Shown piece after piece: positions 12,059-23,830 of a DNA stretch of 45,605 bases (the first letter of the stretch is position 1; the number at the start of each line of letters is the position of its first letter). Below the pieces are notes generated by a model. The model was not told the origin of the DNA. It did no database searches and saw nothing but the letters and a program-made list of their open reading frames with translations. This stretch comes from Basidioascus undulatus (lineage: Eukaryota): the NCBI GenBank assembly GCA_000826855.1, contig JTLS01000022.1, forward strand, positions 1 through 45,605, in the 5' to 3' direction. Position numbers and translations under genes: made by a program.

Positions 12059-13844
12059 ATGCCCTATACCGAGGCGCACAAGCTCTTCCTTCAGTCTCTG
12101 ATTTCGCGGCGCATTGTATCCGAGGCGACCGCGAAGAAGATCTACAAAAAGGCGTTCGAGATCACGGGCGGTACGCATGCCTTCTTCCCTACTTGGATGA
12201 CCCGCTGGAGCCGGGGTTGCTGAGGCCGGGTTGTCTTTCGCGTAGAGCAACGCGAGGACTTTCAGAAGTTTGTGACGGACATCAAGAATGCGCTGAATCA
12301 GTTGGATCTGGATGTTCGCCAGACGAACGACGAGTTGACGGGGAAGGTGTACCTCACGCTCGTGCGTCCTTTTCCGTTCTCGGTCCCAAAGGCCTCGCTG
12401 AGCTAATCTTGGGTCCATGCTGCAGGTGAACCAAAGATCGGACGAGGTCGCCCAGCTCGCGTCCGATTACTCCCCCCTCGAGATTGCGTACTTCCGACTG
12501 ATCGTGCGCCGCGCTTCCCATCCCCGGCAAGCAGAGTCTGCTTGCTCAAGCGCATCTGCACCCGCAGGTCGAACGCATCATGACCGCCCCCGGAAACGCC
12601 TTCTCCACATCGTCTATATCGGCGCTGCGCGAGGCGGGCAACGTCAAGGGCACGCTGACGAAGAGCGCAGCGGAGGCGCTGCTCAACAGCTGGGTCGCGA
12701 GGAAGTGGTTGGTGTTGAGCAAGTACGTCCAGCGGACAACTGTGGAGAGTCGGAGGGATGTTTCCGCTGATCCAGGTTCTTTGATAGTCGTGGACGGTAC
12801 AGCCTCGGGACGAGGGCGCTCACCGAACTGGAGAGCTACCTCAAGAACCAGTACGACGAGTGCGACTTGCGGGATTGCGTGTTTGACACCACGCTCGTCA
12901 CTAAGGCAGGTCTTCGTTGCATATTTTGTGGAGGTCCATGTTACTGAACGACTTGTGCTTCAACAGGGGTTCGGCTGTTCTCACGAAGGCTGCCAAGCAG
13001 CCATGCACCAGCACGCCGCGTCCGTGTTCATCCCCCCTCAACGCCACACCTTGGTTGATCTTCTCGACGTTCCGCAGCGAGAAATACTTCGCAAACCCAA
13101 ACAACGCGAACTGCCCTTGTCCGTCATCCTCCTCTCGACCCTATCAACCAGCTGACCGCCCACCTCACCTCGACAGCTTGCCGCCAGCCCTGGGCACCGT
13201 ATTCGATCGGCGAGTCCGCTGTCGCGGAGCACGGAGCGGCGAGTCCACCGCCTCGCAGGTCGGGAGGCGAGCGGAGGCATTCCGGCACGCAGGAGGAGGA
13301 AGAAGAGATAGACGAGGACGAGGACGAGGAGAACGAGGACTCACTGCCTACGCCCGGAGCGCGCCGCCAGTCGACTCGGAACGCGGGGGCGCGCAAGAAG
13401 CGTGTAGCGTACGTCTTGTTCGACGCTCGCCTGTGTTCCAGGCTTACCTGAAGGATGTCTCACGTGCTTGAGCAGGGACGACGATGACGACGATGACATG
13501 CAGGGGGAGGACGAGGTTAGCCGTGACTGAGCGCCACTCTCCTTCGCTTCTCCCTCCTTCCCTTCTCCCGAGATCGATCACCTCCGGTTGAGCGGCTCGA
13601 ACGTTCTAACGCCTCGTTACGGGATTCCTGTTATTTTTTCGGAATCGGAGCTGGACTCAGATTTGGAGGGCTTTATCGTGGGCGATGGCGAAGAGGACGA
13701 GGTCGAGGTCGAGATTGACGAGGTCGAGCCGTCGGCGTACGTTCTCGATCGTTCATCTCTGAAGTGATACACTAACTGACAGCTCTCGAGTCGTGCAGGT
13801 CTCAGGCGTGGGTGGGCCACGGTGGACGGCGCCGGCGGCGTTGA
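12059..13844 (+). CDS. NSE1: SMC5/6 complex non-SMC element 1 (winged helices plus RING-like domain, acidic tail); stop at 13530 or 13844 depending on splicing
   Basis: Motifs HKLFLQSLISRR, VNQRSDEVAQLASDYSPLEIAYFR, LTKSAAEALLNSWVARKWL, GRYSLGTRALTELESYLK and a C-terminal LVTKGFGC..C...H...CPSC..W match the Nse1 pattern. One intron is GC-AG (12906-12966). Confidence 0.9.
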
Positions 13845-14190
13845 CGCATCTTGCCCTGGTTCTGCTGCTGATGCTCCTTCTCGCTTCTTCCCGCCCGACT
13901 ATACCCATGTCCTACCTCTTGCATCGATGTTCTCCATGCTATTGCCACCAGCTACTCTCCTAAGCGAGCACCTCCGTTGCACAGAGCCTGTTTGCGTGCA
14001 CAAACGCCTTCGACTTCTAGGTCAAATGTATGGGCAAAACAAGCCCAAAAAGATGCCCAGGATGATCGTGCTTATAAGCACGTTGGAAAGATGGGATAAA
14101 GTCATTCAAGTATCAATCGTGTCTGCGACGTTTCTCCGTCGTCGCCAGTTCGTTACACCGTCCTTCTGACCTCGCCAAACATCACCCACT

Positions 14191-15167
14191 TCACAGCTTG
14201 GGAACCTAAGAAGGCGTAAAGCTGCATCAGCATCACCGTCCTGACTCCACAAAACCTCATCGCCTAGGCAGAAACCGACGCACCTTCAAGGTCTTGCTGA
14301 CCATCGCCGCCGCCCACGCCGCATACACCAGGGTGAGCTTGTGCAGATCGCCGCCACCGCCAGGCAGGAGCGACAGGGTGCCGAACGGCAAGTCGTTGCC
14401 CGTCTGCTTCGTCCAGACGAGGTAGGCGAGGTACGAGACGAGGCCGAGCGTCGACGGGATGGGCAGGCCCTCGAAGTACTTCGATTTGCCCGTCGCGTCC
14501 TTGGGGATGGACGCGACGGTGGCGTTAAAGCGCGCGAGGCGCGCGAGCCCGGCGCACACGAACGCCGTCAGGGCGGCGGTGTCGAGCGTCGTGCGAAGGC
14601 CGAGGGCGAACGCGAGGAAGGCAGGTGCGACACCGAAGGAGATCTGCCCGTACGGATCACCGCAGCAGAGATATCTATTTAGCACCAAAACCGGTCCCTG
14701 CCTCTCAATGGGACTTCTGCTCGTCACTCACCAGGTCCGCGAGCGAGTCAAGCTCCTGACCGAGCATGCTCGAACTCTTGCGCCAGCGCGCGACCTTGCC
14801 GTCCAGCGCGTCAAACACGAACCCCGCGGCGGGCAGGGCGAGCGCCGCGTAGATCTGGAACGTGTCGGTGGGGTCGACGAGGTACCGCGCGGCGGCAAAA
14901 ATGGACGATACGCCGCAGACACCGTTCATGATGGTGAGCGCATCGGCGAGATGGAAGTTGCTGCACCGCCCCTCGCACCGGATCTCCCTCAGTACAAGGC
15001 TGCTTAGAGAGCTGTAGGTGCGAACACACGCACCGGACTAGAGAAAAGTGGCCCTTGTGGTCCGCAAATTGACGGAGGCTATGGGACGCCGAGGCGACGG
15101 AGTCCTTCGCGATCGTCGCGAGGTCGGAAGCTGCCCCGGACGAGGCGGTGGTGGCGCGCTTGGACAT
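14191..15167 (-). CDS. CHO1: CDP-diacylglycerol--serine O-phosphatidyltransferase (phosphatidylserine synthase); 3 introns
   Basis: Contains GHFSLVRNFHLADALTIMNGVCG, the CDP-alcohol phosphotransferase motif [48 protein letters not shown] and SKTLKVPKL*. Confidence 0.96.
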
Positions 15168-16411
15168 GATGAGGAGCGTGCAGATATAGAGATCTACGAG
15201 GTTGGTTTATAGTAGAGTCGTCAAGGCGGTGTTCAGGGTGTATGGCGGAAGCGAGGTGGTGAAGCACAAGAGCCACCAGGCGAACGTTCCTTGTCCAGGG
15301 CGGGTGACGCGCCCTGTCACAGCCCCACAGCCAGCTGGCGGGGGGCCCTTCCTTTCCAGCTTCCTTCCCTCACTCTGAGCTTGATTCTAGTCTAATGGCG
15401 ATCAAAAACATTGGAAAAACATGCTTATGCATAGGTATTACCAATCTCATAGGGAAGTCTGGGAGTGTTGCAAGAACGCGGACGGGTTGCAACCGACCGA
15501 CTCCCGTCCTGCTCAGAGATGCCGCAACGACGCTTTCAGCTGAGACTTTTCTTTTACTGCCCTTTCATTGTTCAGAAAGGATATAAAGTATCAATTCCTG
15601 TGGGTAAACACAACCTCATGAGAAGACTTGTTTGCCCAGTGCGAGGATGTGTAATGGCCCGTTGGGGGGTGTCGGCCTTCCCAGCTTCCTTTCCTTTCTC
15701 CGTAATTGTCGTAATGACTTTCAATATGATCTTTGTTCAAAAAGGAATCATACCAGGTGAAGTCTCAGGGGACAGAGTGAGACCACTGCGAAACCATCCC
15801 TGGCCGCCAGTCCAAATAGGCTGCTCAGCGAGGTTCAGCAGCGACACGCTGCAACAGCGCGTCCAACATGTCTTTGGCTGTACTTGCGTCTTGCACGAGC
15901 TACGAACACTTGAATAACATAAACATTCCATATCAAGGGCTTCCTTCGCACCGCGCGGATGTGTAATGGTGTGCGTTTGCTGGAAGGCCAGCGCCACCCG
16001 GGACCCGTCAGCCTGCATGCAGACCTCTAACGCCAGCGAGCTGGTCCTCCTTTTCGTGAAGCGACGGTGGTAAATTGCACGGAAACTATGTATATTTGCT
16101 CTAAGGTTGCCAAAATCTTGCTTCCAGAGCTCCCCCAATCCCCTCAAACGGGGTGAGTCAGCTGAACGGGGACGTGGCGTTGGCTTGCTGCATCTTGACC
16201 GACGACGACCGCAATATGACAGGTAGTGCGAACGGCATTGTGAAGGCAAACAAGGCACACCCATTGTGTAGCGGATCATCCCGATTCTTCATTTTGTGTC
16301 ATGGTATCAAATTATCGAAGTAAAAGTACAAGGTGATGTGGGGCAATGCAACCGGACAAGAAAGGCGTGGTAGCGTCTAAACAACATGCAGTGGGGGCGT
16401 AAAACAATCAA

Positions 16412-19329
16412 TCAGACCTGGACCTTCTCGTCGACGTGCTGGACCTCGAGCTTGTCGCTGGAGGCGCGCTTCGACCCGAGGTCGTAGTCGTGGTGCATCG
16501 CCGCGCGCTCGCGTTGGATCTCGGGCCAGACGATGCCGTGTGCCTTCCAGGGGGGAAGACCGTTGTCGAACAGGCGGTCCATCTCCTCCATAGGGATACC
16601 CTGGAGGCGAGGTAGGTGGGCAAGGTCAGTGACTGCAAGACGCCGGCTTGTGGAAAGGCGCTTACCTTCGTCTCGGGGAGGAAGAAGAACACGAAGGCGA
16701 TGGCGATGACCATCATGCACCCGAAGAAGATGTAGACGCCGTACCGCATGGAAGTGAACATTTGTGGCGTGAATCGAGCGATGATGAAGTTCCCTAGAAA
16801 CGAGAAGACAACATCAAGATGGTGAGCCGGCACGTTCATCAAGCTAGAGGCAGTAGAACGGAGACCGACAGAACCAGTTGTTGGCAGCTAAGTAATCAAA
16901 AGAAAGCATTAGGAGAGTCAGCGGGGGCGTTCAGGGCATTCGAGGCGAGATAGGAGGTAGGAGGGACGAGGCAGGAGGGAGCGAGTTATGAGGCAGGAGG
17001 CAGACGAGGTAGCAGTGAGGAGGCAGGAGGTGGGGTACGCACCCATGAGTGCTCTGCGTGAAGAGAACATCAAGAGGTGAGCGGGGGCGCTCGAGGCGAG
17101 TTAGGAGGGGGTGAACGCACTGAGTGAGCGTGCGGACGTTCTGGGGAAAGATTTCGGCGCCGATGACCCAGGGGGTTCCATTCCAGGTGGCGGCGTAGAA
17201 GATCGTCCAGATGTAGAACAGCGCCATGGCACTTATCCCTCCAGATGTAATCTCTGCGTCCGCGTTAGGTTGGGGGTCGGCAATGGCGATGTAACCTGCA
17301 GAGTGGGGGGTGGGGAGCCGAGGTGAGGGTGGGACCCGAATTGAGAGTGGAGAGCCGATTAGTATAAAACCAGGGTTAATTTGAATAGTGCAACAATAAT
17401 GCGTACCTCCGACGTAGAAGATAGCGACAGCGCCGCCGGCGGCACCGATCATGAGGATGTTGCGACGACCGAGGTTGTCAATCATCCTGCGCGCATTGAG
17501 AGGGCGTCAGCCTGCAGTCGGATGAAGTTTCTCGAAGGGCTCTACTCACCATCCGAGCCAAACAAAGGCCATAACCGTCTTTATCACACCAAAGATACCC
17601 GTAGAAAGAAGGCCGACGTTGGTGCCAGTGATGCCCATGCTACGGTTGTTGAACGTCAGGAACCTGCACTGACTCAGAACAGCTGGAACAACCTACGACT
17701 GGAAGACGCGCGGCGAGTAGTAGTTGATGGCGTTCTATGGTTGTTGAATTTAAGAGACCTGTGATGGTATGAAATCTGAGGGAAAAAAACGGAGGAACTC
17801 ACAATACCGGTGCCGTTCTGGAACAGGAACATCCCGCCGCCGAGGATGACACGCTTGAGAATGCGCCTGGTGCCGAAGACGAGCTTGAACGGGACCCAGA
17901 ACCCGGTACCATCCGACTGCTCGTGAGCGATTTGGGCATCCTGTGAGAGGCAAAGAAGAACTACGATGAGCAACTGGCGCAGTTCGTCGGAAGTCAGCAG
18001 TCACGCACAATCATGGCCATCTCCTCGATCATGTATTGCTCGCTAGGCTCGAGCTTGCGGATCCACTGTTGTTAAGGGTATCAATGAGATTTCAAACCAT
18101 TGTCGTGAAGGACTGATGCACGACGCACGCAGAGGTTGCGGATGGCCTCCTCGCGACGACCCTTGCTCAGGAGCCAGCGCGGAGATTCCCTGATGTAGAA
18201 CGAACCACTGCAGAAGCCCGATCAGTCAGAATGTTATGGAGATAACCGAGTGTTTCAAGGTTCCTACATGGCGAGCATGCCTCCCGGGATGAGTTGCACG
18301 GCTGTGAGGAGCGCACGTGCGTCAGCGCGACGGAAGGACGCAGGGCGACCAAGTCAGACTCACCGAAGGGAATAAGCCATTGGCTGTGGCTGGGCGCCAT
18401 TGTGGTGTTGACACCGTAGTTAATCCAGAAACCAACGAGGCCACCGATCTGCCAGCCCAGCTCGTAGAGACCGACCAGCTGTGGAACAAACAGCTCTGGT
18501 GAGCTGGGGCTGCGAAGACGTCGAGGCCTCGGAGACGTACCTGGCCACGGATCGCGGGCGGGGCGATCTCACTGATGAGAATGGGCGTCAGGTTGGACGC
18601 GGCGCCGATGGCGAGGCCGGCGATGACACGGCCTCCCTGTGCCGTAAGGGAGGATTCAGCAAACTGCTAAAAAGTTTGACGAAGGCGCAGTATTCACGTA
18701 GATGAGACCCAGGCCCCGGTCGCTGTTCGCGCCGAGCATCATGCCCGCTCCCACGGTGAAAAGCATTGACGACGCCAGGAGACCCCACTTCCGGCCGAGC
18801 TGCTGGCCGACGACATAGCCGAAAAGAGCGCCAAAGAAGCAGCCTGTGCCATAGGTCGGTCAGACCATGCCTCGCGTAGAAGCATACAATCATCCCGGAA
18901 ACTTACCAGCCTGATATAGACTAACAATATTCGCCGAAATGAGGTCCCTTTCCCCCTTGGACATGGACCCGAAATCGAACTCCTCCTTGAAGGAGTCGAG
19001 TGCAAGAGTGCCGCCGATGAACGCCCTGCCAGAAGGCGGATGAGCGAGACGACAGGCGAGTACTTGGGGGCACCAAGGGGGCGCTGGTACTCACGAGTCA
19101 TAACCAATCATGACCGCAGCGATGGAGGCGATGCTGGCAATTAGGTCTGTGAAAAATAAAAGTCAGGCTCGGCGTGCTGATCAGTAGGGCGGGGCAAACA
19201 CTCACAGAGGCGGAAGTTGTAGACGCATTTCGGCGTCAGCCGGTCCTCGATCTGTATACCAGAGCGATGAGCGGGGATATGTCGCCGTCAATATCGCCAC
19301 AGAACTCAACTCACCTTCTTCAAAGTCAT
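16412..19329 (-). CDS. MFS sugar-porter family transporter, quinate permease (QutD/Qa-y)-like; multi-intron
   Basis: Spliced motifs: IEDRLTPKCVYNFRL, MIGYDSAFIGGT, ANIVSLYQAGCFFG, SEIAPPAIRGQLVGLYELGWQIGG, ESPRWL, FQNGTGINAINYYSP, WNGTPWVIGAEIFP, IARFTPQMF, LPETKGIPMEEMDRLF. Confidence 0.92.
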
Positions 19330-20799
19330 GGTACGCCTTGTCGCGTGTGCTGAAGGTTGGGAGCGCGACGAACGATAGGTGAGGGGGATGAGGAGGGGGA
19401 GAACAGAGGCGACCCGAAAGAAATATAAATGGCGAGTCTTGGTTCTTGCGGGGTGGTTATTGGTTCAGGGGCAAGGATGAGGGGCCCATCTTAAGGTTGC
19501 TCTTGACGGTGTCCCCAGCCGGAAGATAGTCTCGTTCCTGGCGAGGCCATGAAAAAGATGGAGTCCCACAGCGGGGAGAAGTGTCCTCCGAGCTGTGCCC
19601 CGGATCGGGCCCGGAGGTTGTGACTTGACGTGCCGGCCGTCTGGTATCGACTTTCTGAGCGCAACCATCGGTACCGTTCCTTCAAAGATAATTTGAGCAC
19701 TACATACTAACCTCGCTGCAAGTTCTAGCCAAGCCCTTGAGGCCACCGTCCGGCGGCAAAGCTGGAACAAGGTTTCTCCGCACGCCTCATTGGCGCCTCG
19801 TTTGAGCTGTCAGCTGCATCCCTCCACACATCAATAAGTCAAGCGACGGGCTCGGATTGACCTTGATTTTCCTCCATGAGCCGTTATCCCAAGTCTGTAT
19901 GTGCGGTACTCTTTCCTATTTTGTGGTACTTATATCGAGAACTCCGACCACACCGGCCTGCAAGATCCAGTTGTATCAGGTTGTATCGATGCGAGAGGCC
20001 AGCCTCTCACCCTTCGGCCTCTGCCTTTCAATCGCAATGTTCACCTACAAGCACTGCGTGACACGACTGCGCGGGGGGTAGAGCGAGACGGCGAGTGCAT
20101 ACGTAAGGGATACCATGGCCCACGGTGCCAGGCATCACCAGGACACAGGACAAGCGTGTGAAGCGTCCAAATATATATTCACTGAGGACTTTGGAGGACT
20201 TTTGGTCAATATGAGCAGTGTCTTGTGGCACATAGCCGTATGGGGAAATGCAACAGGTTGCATACAGGCGCTGCGCATGCGTGCGATCGATCACTGCACT
20301 TCCTTATCATGATCAATGTTCATGCTGCCGAAAAGCAGGTCTCTTTCAAGTCTTTACCAATCTGTAAGGTACAACAATGAAAGGTCTGCTTCGGCTCCTG
20401 CTCAAGTATACACGATGGTTCTGCACGAACGTGCCGAAGTGGCAAAGATGCCTTTCAAGTGTCTTTTGCCCTTTCGGCAAACCTTGTCGCAGGGTATGAA
20501 GACAACCAACCTTCATATAAATTATGCTAGCTTCAGGTTCATTCTTTCACGGGCACACTTGCACAGAGGCATGAGCGAACTGCCACGATTGTTGCTTGTT
20601 GTGCTTGTTGTCTAGCTTGACGACGAGTAGTCGTGTCGACCTGCCGGGACCTGCCCGGCAAGGTTCGTCAAAGATAAACATCAACTTGATGGGCCGGCTT
20701 GCTTGGACAATGGAAGGTCGAGAGGCGTAACCACAGACACAATTGCTCAATGGCCAGGCACACCCATGGAAATGTTCACGCTTCTCTGTAGGGGGTGTT

Positions 20800-21812
20800 A
20801 CTTCCTAGCAGGGCAAGGCATAATAACTCAGCACGCTGTTGTTCTCGAGCATGCGCTCTCGCTATTCAGAGACTGCCAGTCCGGTCGAATTTGTGGGAAG
20901 GGTCGCAAGCATGTTATGACAAACGCGTTCGTTGCGTAACTTTCAGAGAATGTCACAGGGTGTCTGAAAGCAAGTCACCGGGTCTTCCAGAATCAGCATG
21001 TCTTTAGCAGGAATGAAAGGAGTAGCGGCACTTACTAATTTGGCCGACCACCTTCAGCCATTCCAACGTCGCGCTGAGGACGGGGACAGGGACGTTTCCA
21101 AGCACACTCAGGTGCACCATCTCCTTGAGCTGCTCATACCCAACGTGCAGCTCCTCAGCGACACTGGGTACGAGGAGCAGATCCCGACACTGCGAATGCA
21201 ATTCGAGCGCCTTCTTCAAGCGTTCCGCTAGCTCGAGCGCCTTGCCTGAATGCCCCCTGCTCCACGCTTCGAGCGCTCGAGAGAAGACCGAACAGGCATT
21301 GTCAGACTGTCCAGATGCCCTGCGGATGACCTGGATGATGCCATACCATCTGTGAGCTTTAATTGAACGGAATAACAGGACATTTGCCCTGTCGGGCCTG
21401 CTCACGCTGAAGGCTTGGATCCAAGCTGCTAGGGCGACTGTATTAATGGAAGCTTCCACAGCGTCCCCCAGGTCCGAGGTGTCAATCTGGCTTCCCAGCT
21501 CCGAAACTGGCCCAGGTATCCTAACGGCGATGGCGATCTTGTCACGCTCCTCGCCAATAAGGATTACTTCTTGCGCGGCGGCGAGGGTTGGCGCGGAAGA
21601 CGATGAGTCGAGAGGTTCCTGATTTGGCAGAATACGATTGGGACCAATGACGTAACGGTCTTAGGCAAAGACCTACGTGTTCAGATTTCTTCGCCTCGGC
21701 CTCGTGGCACCAGCTGTTCAAACGCTGCCCCGCTTGGTCGACGGATGTCCCCCCTAGGACCTGCAGAGCCGTCCTGAGCTCCGTACATCCGGTCTTGACG
21801 GCCTGAAAACAT
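20800..21812 (-). pseudogene. Putative degenerate spliced gene of unknown family (helical protein)
   Basis: Two exons join in frame through a GT-AG intron (...EAKKSEH|EPLDSSSSAPTL...ALELAERLKKALELHSQCRDLLLVPSVAEELHVGYEQLKEMV...VVGQI). After the GTAAGT donor near 21035, every candidate acceptor I tested meets a stop within ~15 codons. Confidence 0.35.
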
Positions 21813-22811
21813 CGTGGCAGTGTGTACTATATGCCCTGCATTGTGTGAACGGTGACTACGCGACGTACATGATCAACACTGTCCAGCATATTCAGAAGCA
21901 TCGCGAGCTTTCTTGTCTTGCCCCTGCGTCAACGCGAAGTGTTGACGCGTAGCATGAAGTATGTTATGGAGATATGAATAACCAGCATTACCACTCACTC
22001 AAAGAACTCGAAGTCAAACGCAGACGAAGGGCTTGGGCGAGGGAGGAGATCGGTCAAGAAGGGGGGGTGCGCGGGTGCGCGGGTGCGTGAACAAAGTTCG
22101 TTGACACCATACATTTCTCCAGCTGCTCAAGGACACTGTGGTTAAAGAAGAAAGATAATACTAGACCTCTAATTCTCGTTACGCGTAGTGGAATGCGTTG
22201 TTTTGTCATAGGCATCAAGTGGGCGAGGAACCAAGCCGGAAAGGTCAATGAAGCTCAGCTTCGACGGAAACCAACTGCAGCACTATGCCCTAGACGAACT
22301 GTCTGAACTTCTACAGGATCTTATACAGCATCAAGCATACCCACTGCTAGGAGCACTATGAGCGCATCTTACCCACATCACTGCCAAAAGATCCCAAAGA
22401 CTATGTCCCGGCCACCGCCTGAACGTCGCTTGCATGCAACACAGGGGCACAACGGACCATTCAGGTTATCCGAAATAACCGAAACTTACATGATCTGGCA
22501 TGTAAATAGCGTGAAGCCGGCTCGTATGTCTTTCAACAAGGGTGAACCGCGCCATCCACGACTCGCCGCCCTCAATTAGCGCACCGGGACCATGCAGCTC
22601 ACTTTTCGAAAGTTTCAAAGGTAAAAGGCTTTTGCAAATTCTTATCCTTTCAAGCTTCAACCAAACGGAATATAGTGCATGTGGATGAGCGAGTGTTTAG
22701 GGTTGAAACATCGGGCCTAGCAATGCAGGGGGTGCACGACCGAACTACTATCGACAACACCATCTATGTCACGTAATATGTGCATTGAACATCCATGAAA
22801 ATTTTCAGTAT

Positions 22812-22865
22812 GTGCGAAGCACAGTGCGAAGCACAGTGCGAAGCACAGTGCGAAGCACAGTGCGA
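22812..22865. repeat. Tandem repeat, 4.5 x 12-mer GTGCGAAGCACA, each unit a perfect mini-hairpin
   Basis: Directly visible. Each unit is GTGC-GAA-GCAC followed by A. Confidence 0.95.
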
Positions 22866-23830
22866 CGAGAGTGTCTCAGACGACGCATAGGAACGCGTTG
22901 CAGCGTGCCGACGTGACATGCTGCGACCAAGCAATCTCCAAGTCAAATGAACAAACATGAAACAGAAGGTTTACCGGGAACAACAGGTCCCAAAGAAAGG
23001 TGAGAGCCGCTGCTTGTACGGGTTGAGGACGAGAGCTGGGAAAGGAACGGGTCTATCAGTGTGTCTGGTAGATCGCTCGAGATCGACCCCAACCGCGAAA
23101 TGCTCACAGGTCGCGCGCTTTGTGAGCTATTTGTAAAAGCTGAGCCTAGACGCCTGCAAAGTAAACAAAAAGCAAAGCCCTCACGGTACTGGCCAGTACT
23201 CAGTCCCCCTGCTGTCGTCGGTAGGTCCATGTGTGGGCACCCAACCCTAAGCAATGAGGTTGAGACTTATCGCAAACGTGACTCTCGGGGACGTCTTCGC
23301 AAGAATACTCCTCAAAATCGGAACTGCAGATGAAAAGTTACATACTTCCCAAAGCCGGCGTACTGCGTTTGCCACCAAGGAGAACAGAGCTGGCGCAGGA
23401 ATCAAGTGTATTAGCCCCATGAGGCGTGTTTAAGAAGAAGCAACAAAGCAGGCGAGCTTGACATGTGTTGGTAATAGCAGAGCGACAAGAAGGGACGCGG
23501 GCCATGAGGGTGCCGGAAGAGCAGAGCGGCAGAGACGAGACAAGACAAGGAGAGGAGGGGGAGGAAAAAAGGGGAAAATGATAGGAAGGTCTGTGCAAGA
23601 ATGTCCGCGGTAGGAGTAGCATGAAGTAGTATGATATGAGACGAGGCTCAGGGGCAAGGGGGAGAGCGCCGGGAGGCGCGAAGCGGGTCCGCGTCGTCCG
23701 ACCAGCGGTGCACGGCAGGGAATGGGATGGACTAAGGACGGAGACGTAGACTGCTCGAGGTAACTTGACGTCAGGTAAGCCCAGCGCTGGCAAAGTGCAG
23801 ATAGTTACGGACCTGGTCCACGGGCCGCAC

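Noticed and set aside
14191..14206. CHO1 ends in PKL, a PTS1-like tripeptide
   Set aside because: It matches the family's usual (I/V)PK(P/L) terminus, and the protein is a polytopic membrane enzyme, so PTS1 import is unlikely.
22812..22865. Palindromic repeats as a CRISPR array
   Set aside because: The 12-bp units have no spacers, the context is eukaryotic, and there are no cas genes.
16412..23300. Quinate utilisation gene cluster around the permease
   Set aside because: No dehydroquinase, quinate dehydrogenase, dehydratase or Zn2Cys6 regulator is recognisable nearby.
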